Position numbers and translations under genes: made by a program. Source: a virus (Duplodnaviria > Caudoviricetes). Taken from it: a stretch of DNA of 64,000 nt. The DNA lies in IMG/VR virus record IMGVR_UViG_2791355311_000001, positions 1 to 64,000 of that record. One strand, 5' to 3'. Positions 56,969 to 64,000 of the stretch are shown one piece after another. The first letter of the stretch is position 1, and each line of letters starts with the position of its first letter. The notes under the pieces were generated by a model. The model did not search any database. It saw nothing but the letters and a program-made list of their open reading frames with translations, and was not told the origin of the DNA.

Positions 56969-57126
56969 GTATGAGTGAACAAGAATGTAAAGAAGCTGTT
57001 GAAAAAGAAATTTTATTGTTAAGTACAATTAGTAAAAATATTGAAATATTAAATTCCAATATCCAAAAACTTTTACTTGCACTTACTGGTGAAACTGGCG
57101 ATTCTACAAAAAGTCAAGGTAATTAA
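56965..57126 (+). CDS. 53-aa coiled-coil peptide MSMSEQECKE... (not in the ORF track)
   Basis: ATGA overlap; fills the gap exactly. Confidence 0.5.
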   Translation: MSMSEQECKEAVEKEILLLSTISKNIEILNSNIQKLLLALTGETGDSTKSQGN

Positions 57127-57128
57127 AC

Positions 57129-57857
57129 ATGATTGCTCCTTTAGTTTGTTGTTGTAAAAAAGAAAAAAGGGAATTTTATCTTTCTGTTTTTCAACTTATA
57201 ATTGAACTTCATGCAAGTTCAACTTATTATGATGGTGATTTAGCAAATTTGTTTGGTATTCACGTATTTCCAATATTTCCTCTAGAATTTCAAATTAATC
57301 ACAATCTTCCTAATTTCTTTTTTCGTAAAGATATTTCTTTTCCTGAAAATCATTTACCCGGATATGACTATGAAGCACCTTTATTTTTGACTGGGTTTTT
57401 TAAAAATGCTCCTGAAACTTTTTTTTATGCTGATGATTACAGCGAAAAGCCTATTCGTATTCCTGATCCTAATTTAAGTGTATCTTCAATTAACGAAATT
57501 TACTTGGCTATATTAAATTATTATGATAAAAAATCTTTTGATATAAACAACTATACCCCCGATGAATTTTCTTTTATTTTTACAAAAAAACATTCTTTTA
57601 ACGGTTTTGATTTGTTTGGCGGCGATACAGTAAAAACAAAGCACTATAATTATAATTCTTTTTCAAGTTGTTTTAATAATCTTAAATCTCTTTATGCTGA
57701 TTTTATTTCTTCGCTTGATTTTGCTAAAAAATCAAATAATTTTTATGAAGATTTTACAGGTATTCATATAGGTAAAGAATTTACTGAAATTAGTCCTTAC
57801 TCTTTTTCTCACATTTCCAGTATTGAATTATCTATAGCACTACCAATAATAAAATAA
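57129..57857 (+). CDS. Hypothetical protein, possibly receptor-binding
   Basis: 242 aa, aromatic-rich, N-terminal CCC. Confidence 0.5.
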   Translation: MIAPLVCCCKKEKREFYLSVFQLIIELHASSTYYDGDLANLFGIHVFPIFPLEFQINHNLPNFFFRKDISFPENHLPGYDYEAPLFLTGFFKNAPETFFYADDYSEKPIRIPDPNLSVSSINEIYLAILNYYDKKSFDINNYTPDEFSFIFTKKHSFNGFDLFGGDTVKTKHYNYNSFSSCFNNLKSLYADFISSLDFAKKSNNFYEDFTGIHIGKEFTEISPYSFSHISSIELSIALPIIK

Positions 57858-57872
57858 AAAAGGAGTTAATCA

Positions 57873-58229
57873 ATGCCCGTATATAAAGTAACCCAGCAAC
57901 AAGGAAATCGTGTTATAACTTCAACATACGAAGCTAAAAGCTCTACATCTTTATTACAATTTTTACAAGAAGTATCAACCGCTAAAGTTAAGTATATATA
58001 TCGTGTAGAGTATGAAGATGAAGAAACGACACCGCCAAACGATGACTTTAATTATCACAAACAATTTAAAGCATTTGCAAAAAATAGCAATAATGCTTCT
58101 AAACAAGTTTTAATACATAATGTTAAAACAACTAAGAATGAGCAAGAATTAACAAATGCAATAATTACACATCTTAGTGTAGGAGAACAAGCAATTAAAT
58201 CTGTGGCTTGTTCTTTGTTTATGCACTAA
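57873..58229 (+). CDS. ~115-aa paralogue A, candidate structural protein
   Basis: SD AAGGAG. Pattern shared with 58967-59320 and 59342-59680. Confidence 0.6.
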   Translation: MPVYKVTQQQGNRVITSTYEAKSSTSLLQFLQEVSTAKVKYIYRVEYEDEETTPPNDDFNYHKQFKAFAKNSNNASKQVLIHNVKTTKNEQELTNAIITHLSVGEQAIKSVACSLFMH

Positions 58230-58282
58230 ATTTTTAACCTTTCTTATAATCTAACCGCTTTAATTTTGAGCCTTGTCTATTT

Positions 58283-58328
58283 AAGCCTTGCGGTCGCTCT
58301 GCGACCTGCTGGCTTGATCCTTTTTTTT
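58283..58328 (+). terminator. GC-rich hairpin followed by a T-run
   Basis: AAGCC..GGTCGC-TCT-GCGACC..GGCTT then T8. Confidence 0.5.
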
Positions 58329-58560
58329 CTCATTCTCTTACTTTTTCTTACTCTCTTTTTGCCATTTTCTATCTTCTTGAAAAACTATAATCACATCTTA
58401 TTAAATTCTTTATAAAAATACTCCCCAAACTCTTGTATTTTTTATTTTTATATTATTTTGCTTACTTGTTTTGTTTTTCTTTGATTCTATAGCTTGTTTG
58501 ATATCTTTATACAGCTTTTTAACTTAACCCTTATATTTTTTTATTTATTTCCTAATAAAT

Positions 58561-58706
58561 AATATTTTTCATTCTTGCATAAATACCCAATATTATTTTA
58601 TTTTTGCTTGTCAAGACTGCGAAGCACACCGCTAGGTGCTTGGTCTTTACAAGCTTTCAAAAATAAAATAATAAACTCCAATTTATGCCAAGAATGATAA
58701 AATATT
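58561..58706. repeat. 146-bp imperfect inverted repeat (candidate sso or packaging signal)
   Basis: Includes a 16-bp perfect arm TATTATTTTATTTTTG/CAAAAATAAAATAATA, GCTTGTCAAGAC/GTCTTTACAAGC and AAGCAC/GTGCTT. Confidence 0.8.
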
Positions 58707-58966
58707 TCTTATATCTGTTTGTTTGTCTTTTTTTTTAATCAACTAAAATTTTGTAATAAAAACATATCCATCTGTGTTAATTTCATAATTTTACATTTTT
58801 AAAAGTTGCTTAAAAACTTTTAAACGCCCCTTTATAACGTTTAATAATCATGTGTTGCTTCAACTTTTTATATTTATCTTTATAATTTGAATTGTTTTAA
58901 AAACGTTTTTTAACAAATATTTTAAGTCTATATGACACAAATAAAACAAGAAAAAAAAGGAAACAC

Positions 58967-59320
58967 ATGCTAAAACAATACATCCAAGGTTTAAATCCTA
59001 AGACATTGTCTTTTAGTGATAATAGTGATGAGGATTCTCTGTTACCACTTCTTGCTGGAAAAATTGAAAAATATGAGCAAACTGCTACTGGTGGAGCTGT
59101 ATTAAATGAACTTCCCACTACATTAAATCGTAAAGAATTTATCGTTTCTAAAGATAGTCCTACTGGTAGAATTTCTTCAATAGTTAGAATACCGCACGTT
59201 AAAGAAACTTTTTACTTTAACGAGCTTAATGCTTCTGTTAAAGGTAAATTTGATTCATCTTTTACTAGCGATGTTAAATGTGATGAAGTTAAATTACGTT
59301 TCGACTCTCTAGCAAAATAA
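58967..59320 (+). CDS. ~115-aa paralogue B, candidate structural protein
   Basis: RIPHVK.T and VKCDEV motifs. Confidence 0.6.
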   Translation: MLKQYIQGLNPKTLSFSDNSDEDSLLPLLAGKIEKYEQTATGGAVLNELPTTLNRKEFIVSKDSPTGRISSIVRIPHVKETFYFNELNASVKGKFDSSFTSDVKCDEVKLRFDSLAK

Positions 59321-59341
59321 TTAAGATAAAAGGATAAAAAA

Positions 59342-59680
59342 ATGGCTAAAACATTAATAAGAAACAAGATAGCTAGTAAAACTTTTGGTATGGCTTTGCC
59401 TGCTAGTGCTGAAACTGCAAAAGCTTTTGCTGATGTTGCTCTTGAGGGTGAATATGCAATATTTGAAAGAAAAAGTGAGCAAGGTAATGATACCGAAGCC
59501 CAAGTTATAGAATATGTTGTTACTGGTAAGAGTGAGGCAGGTTTTAAAACAACATTTAGTTTTTATGCAAATGCTAACAAAACAGAAGTTGATATTAAAA
59601 CTGCTCTTTTAGAAAAAACTTTCAACGGTGTTAAGTTTGATGAAATTTATATAATTTCGGCTAAATATGTTAAAGGTTAA
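59342..59680 (+). CDS. ~115-aa paralogue C, candidate major structural protein
   Basis: Strong SD AAAGGA, VKFDEI motif, T3-biased codons. Confidence 0.6.
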   Translation: MAKTLIRNKIASKTFGMALPASAETAKAFADVALEGEYAIFERKSEQGNDTEAQVIEYVVTGKSEAGFKTTFSFYANANKTEVDIKTALLEKTFNGVKFDEIYIISAKYVKG

Positions 59681-59691
59681 TAAACATTAAT

Positions 59692-59922
59692 ATGCAATCT
59701 TTAACAAATGAATATTTAGAGTTAGTGCTAACTGCACTAGCTCTTTTCTTATCTGGTCTCAATTGGTTTATATCTCAAAAATTATCAAGTTTTTCTTATA
59801 GACTTGATAAGATAGAAACATCTTATACTGACACTTATCAGATAAAAGCAGATATACAGCTATTAAAAGAAAAAATAGATTTCATTATTGAGATGTGTAA
59901 AGATAATAATAAAAAGGTTTAA
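59692..59922 (+). CDS. Putative holin (one TM plus coiled coil)
   Basis: LELVLTALALFLSGLNWFI, directly upstream of the endolysin. Confidence 0.55.
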   Translation: MQSLTNEYLELVLTALALFLSGLNWFISQKLSSFSYRLDKIETSYTDTYQIKADIQLLKEKIDFIIEMCKDNNKKV

Positions 59923-59924
59923 CT

Positions 59925-60266
59925 ATGCCGTTAGGAAAAGAACAAGAAGATTTCACTAAAGATTTAAATAAATTACTTACATATTTACATAATAATAACT
60001 ATAATGTAAGATGTGGTGAACTATTTAGAACACAAGAACAACAAGAAATTTACTATCAAAGAAAACTAACTAAAACAAAAAATAGCTATCATACAAAAAA
60101 ATTAGCTATTGATTTATTTATATTCAAAAACGATACATGGTTAAAAACCAAAGAGCAATTACAACCAATAGGGGATTATTGGGAGAGCTTAAACAACATA
60201 AACAAATGGGGTGGTAATTATAACAGTTTTATAGACTGTGTACATTTTGAAAGAAGAGCAAAATAA
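59925..60266 (+). CDS. Endolysin, M15 family peptidase
   Basis: S.H....AID and WGG...D..HFE. 70/113 identities to 37836-38180 by manual count. Confidence 0.85.
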   Translation: MPLGKEQEDFTKDLNKLLTYLHNNNYNVRCGELFRTQEQQEIYYQRKLTKTKNSYHTKKLAIDLFIFKNDTWLKTKEQLQPIGDYWESLNNINKWGGNYNSFIDCVHFERRAK

Positions 60267-60297
60267 GCTAAAATAAAAAACTACAATTTAAATACTC

Positions 60298-60319
60298 TTG
60301 ACATTTATCTTAAAATCTT
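60298..60319 (+). promoter_or_regulatory. Right end: -35 box TTGACA plus junction core AATCTT
   Basis: Joins TATGAT (49585-49590) at 17-bp spacing only in the circular form. Confidence 0.85.
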
Positions 60320-61735
60320 CCCATTTGCTTTTTTAAGTTGCATTGCACCTTCCATATCTTGAAGTTGCAAACAAACGCCAAGTTGATTACCAATGGCTCC
60401 CATTGCTTCCATTAGCCCCTGTTTTTGCACTTCTTTATTTAAAGCACCAATTCCCGTATTTAAACTAACTGCAAAAGATGGTATTTCATCTCTGCTATAT
60501 CCCGCAAAGAAATCAGCGTTGCCATATTTCCAAACCAATTTTGCAAGTCTTTCAAATATAGGCTCAAAAAATGTTTCGTTAAAAGTTCTAATATAACCTT
60601 GTATCCTAACGCTACCTTCATTCGCCATAATGCTAGCCATCGTTGCAGTTTCTTTTCTGTATGTACTTGCTCCATTTTGTTGAGGGCTTACACCACTTGC
60701 TTCGCTCATTTCTTGGTCTATTAAACTTACTGCTAGTTGTGCCACATTTAGATTAGGCGCAGGTAGCACTTGTAAGGCTGTTGGCTCATTTGTAAATATT
60801 GGCAAGCCTATCGTTTCTATTTGCTCCCTTGTAACATTTGCACTTGTGTTAACTACTATCTTTGGCTTTAATGCCATATTGATACCATCTATAATTGAGT
60901 TTCTTGTAATGTTTATCTCGTCTTGTAAAGGTAAAATACTAGCAAGAGGTGGCTCACCATACACACAAACAAAGTCTTGCTCGTTAAAATCTCTAACCTG
61001 TGGTGTCATATACCCAAAGATAAAGGGTTGTCCATCTTTTAGCTTAATGCCTTCTCTTAAAAGTGTTTCGTTAAATAAGGTTGAAACTTCCCATTCCCCA
61101 TTGATTTGTTCGTAAATATCATATACTTCAAAACGCTCATAAGGCTTAAATTCAATATCATCAAGGCTTAATAACACTTGTTCTTTTTTAAATATCTTTC
61201 TTTTTGCAAGTGCTAACAAATCATCAGCCGTTAAGATTAGTTTATTGACTATATAACGCACATCTCTTGGGCTTTTAGCATTTGGGTCAAAGTATATCTC
61301 ATCTAATTCTATCTCTTCAATAATAGGCATATCACCAGACCAATATACCTTAGCCACGCTTGTTCCTAAGAACGGTATTTTTTGAAAGATTGGTGCAAAT
61401 GTGTTATAAAGCTTTAGCATATCGGTGTAAATATCCAAAGCCTCTTGCCATTTGTCTATAACTTCTTGCTTAGAATTGATATAAGTTTGAAGTTTCGCAA
61501 AAGTATCATTGTTAAAATACGTTTCGCTTAAACTATCACTTATACGCTTAGCCTTTGCGTTTATCTTTGGTATATAAATGCGTGATTTGTTCCTTTTTGC
61601 AAGTGATGTTATCTGCTCTTGTTCTAGATTAAGCAAGTAAGCACTATTTAATTTATCAAAGCTAGGCTTATACTTTTCAAAGCCGTCCTTCGCATTTGAT
61701 AACAACTCTTGCAAATAAACTACATCTTTTCCCAT
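60314..61735 (-). pseudogene. 5' part (474 codons) of the prophage 2 portal gene, interrupted
   Basis: KSRIYIP, FDPNA, CVYGE, LQDEIN.TRN. Stops two codons into the inserted element. Confidence 0.88.
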
Positions 61736-61736
61736 A

Positions 61737-62018
61737 TCACTTTACCAAAGGTGTTACATCTTGCACGAAATCGGTTATAAACTCATCATCTTTTAATGCA
61801 TTTATAGCCTTTAAACTATCATCATCCATACCACCTGTTAAAGGTATTTTAGCGATAAGCTGAGCTGAGCCTATAACATCTCTCCAATACACACCCTTGC
61901 TTATATATTCAAGCATAATATCAGCCTTTTTCTTGCTAAGCTCATCGCCCCTTATATACTCATATTCGGGTATTTGTTTAACTTCTTGTAACTCTTCTTT
62001 AATCTCTTTCTTTGCCAT
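61737..62018 (-). CDS. Hypothetical phage protein
   Basis: ORF between terL and portal. Confidence 0.55.
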   Translation of the reverse strand: MAKKEIKEELQEVKQIPEYEYIRGDELSKKKADIMLEYISKGVYWRDVIGSAQLIAKIPLTGGMDDDSLKAINALKDDEFITDFVQDVTPLVK

Positions 62019-62346
62019 TTTCTTGCTCCTTTTTCTTTATGTTAAAATATGTTGATTTGCTAACCCCAGTCATTTGCATAACTTTGTCCTTGCAAACACC
62101 TTTTTTAATTAGTCTCTTAACTAACTCAACCTTTGCCTTTTTCTTTGGAATATATTTAATACCGCTAGTTATTTCGCAAATCATACTAGCGATAACAAGG
62201 CTAAGGTCTTCATCGTTTAGCTTAACTGCGTCCCTTATAACGCCCAAGCTTATGTTTTGCCGAATATATTCAAATTTCCAGTCCAAATTCAACCCAATTT
62301 TTGGACTATTCTCTTTTTTACCACGCGTTTTCACTATAAAATTCAT
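61999..62346 (-). CDS. Protein with C-terminal HTH (Mor-like regulator?)
   Basis: SGIKYIPK...KVMQMTGVSKSTYFNI. Confidence 0.55.
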   Translation of the reverse strand: MNFIVKTRGKKENSPKIGLNLDWKFEYIRQNISLGVIRDAVKLNDEDLSLVIASMICEITSGIKYIPKKKAKVELVKRLIKKGVCKDKVMQMTGVSKSTYFNIKKKEQENGKERD

Positions 62347-63643
62347 ATTCTTGCTCTATTTTGTTATAATTTATGCCATCGTAAAAGCATAAAGCTAAAC
62401 TATCAGCATAATCAGGACTCACCCCATAATCTTTTTTTATCTCTGTTTTTGGAATTATCAAATATCTATCTTGCTTATCATAAGCAAACTCAATCATCTG
62501 CAATTGTTTTTTTAGTTTTTCGCTGTGAGTTATTGCTAGTAAATGAAACTTCTCTTTTAAATTAAAATACATTTCAGCGCGTTTGTTAAAATATCTCTTT
62601 TGATTTGTTGCTTTAAAACTTGCCTTTGCTTCTACACAAACACCCCTTAAGCCCAAATCACAAAGCATATCAAAGACACCAGCACCGACGCCTATAGTGT
62701 CTATGTATATCCATTTTGGTTTAATTTGGGCGAGGTTGTATTCCCTTAATATCTCTCTTGCAAGTTGTGTAACTGAATTAATCCTGTATGACTGAAACTC
62801 CGTTATATTGTAACCTTGCCTTTTGCATAAAACACTCTCATCATCGCCCTCACGTGCGACATCAAGACCCCACACATTCATATCATCGGGGTTAAAAGTT
62901 AGCTCTTTGTTAAACGCATTTTCAATCATTGAAACGCTAAACATTGCGTTGCTTGTAGTGTCTAAAAATTCGCCATATATCTCTTGTTTGACAACATCAC
63001 TATCAGCGCCGCCTAGTTCCTCGATAAGTTCGTTGATTTCATTTTCTCTAAGCATTGGGTTATCAAAGCTAGAAACTTGATAATTAACCCAATCCTTTTC
63101 GTTTCTCATGCCTTTTATTGCTAAATCATAAAACTTATTCTTGCCTTTTGGAACACCACCTATAAAAGCCCTTGAATTAGGATAATCAAGCAACATAGGT
63201 CTTATTGCGTTATCCCAAAGATAGCTATTTTTTAAGATAATTCCTGCCTCGTTTAGTATAATGATGTCATAGCCAAAGCCCTCTATATTTTCAGGTCTTT
63301 CAGCACTTCGCATATCTAAAAAAGCCTCGTTATTAAAGACTAAGCGTTTATCTTGTGAGTAGAATTTCCAAAAATCGCTAGGTAGTTGTTTTAATTCAGG
63401 TAAAAAATAACGCTCAAAATAACGCTGTAAGTTTGATGTGATAGTATCTACCCAAAGGATTTTCTTACCTTCAAGTAACCACTCAATACTAGCATTTGCT
63501 ATCCCTTTTGTGTAGCCTACACGGCGACCTTTTTCAATTGTGGTAAATTTTGATTTGTTTTTAAAAAATACTTCCCTTTGCCAAGGTGCATATTTTAAAC
63601 TTATAGTTGCATCACTCATCATCAACCAATCCCTTACGCTCAA
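62318..63643 (-). CDS. terL: Terminase large subunit
   Basis: KGRRVGYT (Walker A variant), IILNEA, GVPKGKN.FY, GLDVAREGDD, SPDYADSLAL. Confidence 0.88.
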   Translation of the reverse strand: MSVRDWLMMSDATISLKYAPWQREVFFKNKSKFTTIEKGRRVGYTKGIANASIEWLLEGKKILWVDTITSNLQRYFERYFLPELKQLPSDFWKFYSQDKRLVFNNEAFLDMRSAERPENIEGFGYDIIILNEAGIILKNSYLWDNAIRPMLLDYPNSRAFIGGVPKGKNKFYDLAIKGMRNEKDWVNYQVSSFDNPMLRENEINELIEELGGADSDVVKQEIYGEFLDTTSNAMFSVSMIENAFNKELTFNPDDMNVWGLDVAREGDDESVLCKRQGYNITEFQSYRINSVTQLAREILREYNLAQIKPKWIYIDTIGVGAGVFDMLCDLGLRGVCVEAKASFKATNQKRYFNKRAEMYFNLKEKFHLLAITHSEKLKKQLQMIEFAYDKQDRYLIIPKTEIKKDYGVSPDYADSLALCFYDGINYNKIEQEYEFYSENAW

Positions 63644-63998
63644 TAGTTATTTTGTTATTGTTCTGTTGTGCGTTTGTGTTGTTTATTATCGTATTTGCTT
63701 CTTTACCAAGCACCGTTTCTTTATTTCTTGCTGTTATTCTGCTGTGTGCTTCTACATCTTGTATCGTGTCTGCCATCTCCAAAAGCTCATTTGCTTTTTT
63801 TTGATTTGCTAAGGCGATATTTTGAAAATAGATTAAATGTTTGGTTCTTTCTTCCACCACTTCGTGAAAAGCTTTCACTTCTTTTTCATTTAGCTTTGCT
63901 AGCTCTGTTTTTATCGCGACTTCAGTTTTCACAAGTTCTTTTAAATTTTGTTCTACATCTTTGCAAAGATTATAAACAAAGCCAACACTAACATCATA
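63612..63998 (-). CDS. Putative terminase small subunit (5' end outside window)
   Basis: Frame is open to the window edge (YDVSVGFVYNLCK..., HTH-like) and lies directly upstream of terL. Confidence 0.55.
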   Translation of the reverse strand, partial: YDVSVGFVYNLCKDVEQNLKELVKTEVAIKTELAKLNEKEVKAFHEVVEERTKHLIYFQNIALANQKKANELLEMADTIQDVEAHSRITARNKETVLGKEANTIINNTNAQQNNNKITIERKGLVDDE

Positions 63999-64000
63999 TT

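Larger units (their letters stand above)
49584..60319 (+). mobile_element. 10,736-bp IS110-integrated rolling-circle virus-like element / satellite
   Basis: All genes on the plus strand, opposite to the host prophage. Flanked by AATCTT. Carries IS110 recombinase, bridge RNA, Rep_trans, holin and endolysin. Confidence 0.9.
35232..64000. mobile_element. Prophage 2, podovirus-like (right end outside window), with interrupted portal
   Basis: TerS/TerL, portal, scaffold, ejection proteins, capsid, tail fibre and lysis genes, all on the minus strand. Confidence 0.9.

Noticed and set aside
50975-59680. Typical filamentous phage (inovirus)
   Set aside because: No Zot/pI Walker A ATPase is visible and a holin-endolysin pair is present. 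A highly divergent relative cannot be excluded without HMM searches.
49584-60319. Self-splicing intron or intein splitting the portal
   Set aside because: The insert is antisense to the portal and encodes no reverse transcriptase or homing nuclease. Its ends are explained by IS110 recombination.

Overview
AT-rich window, probably from a Campylobacter-like bacterium (inferred from a tmRNA 3'-end fragment and gene content). It consists almost entirely of three nested or adjacent mobile elements. (1) Prophage 1, ~1-35,231, extends beyond the left edge and is podovirus-like. It carries portal, scaffold, SU10-type capsid, tail fibres, lysis genes, ejection proteins including a 2172-aa DarB-like MTase/SNF2 protein, CI/Cro, primase-helicase with iterons, Xis and a P4-type integrase. 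(2) Prophage 2, ~35,232 to beyond the right edge, is a distant relative joined to prophage 1 at a 23-bp tmRNA 3'-end att core. The two share a near-identical 1.54-kb tail-fibre block. (3) A 10,736-bp element (49,584-60,319) is flanked by a 6-bp direct repeat AATCTT and inserted inside the portal gene of prophage 2. It encodes an intact IS110-family recombinase preceded by a readable bridge RNA. The RNA guide segments match the element's circle junction (10/10 and 8/8) and the portal target site (10/10 and 6/8). Circularisation creates a TTGACA-N17-TATGAT promoter and restores the portal reading frame (540 aa). The cargo is a Rep_trans rolling-circle initiator, a probable SSB, T3-biased putative virion genes including three ~115-aa paralogues, a 146-bp hairpin, and a holin plus M15 endolysin. 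No Zot/pI ATPase or known capsid is recognisable. The best reading is a rolling-circle (probably ssDNA) virus or satellite that uses an RNA-guided bridge recombinase as its integrase and parasitises a prophage portal gene. Also found: an unannotated Ibs-like type I TA moron, an HTH-PemK fusion with a convergent antisense sRNA, and another candidate sRNA. All family assignments come from motif recognition by eye, not database searches.
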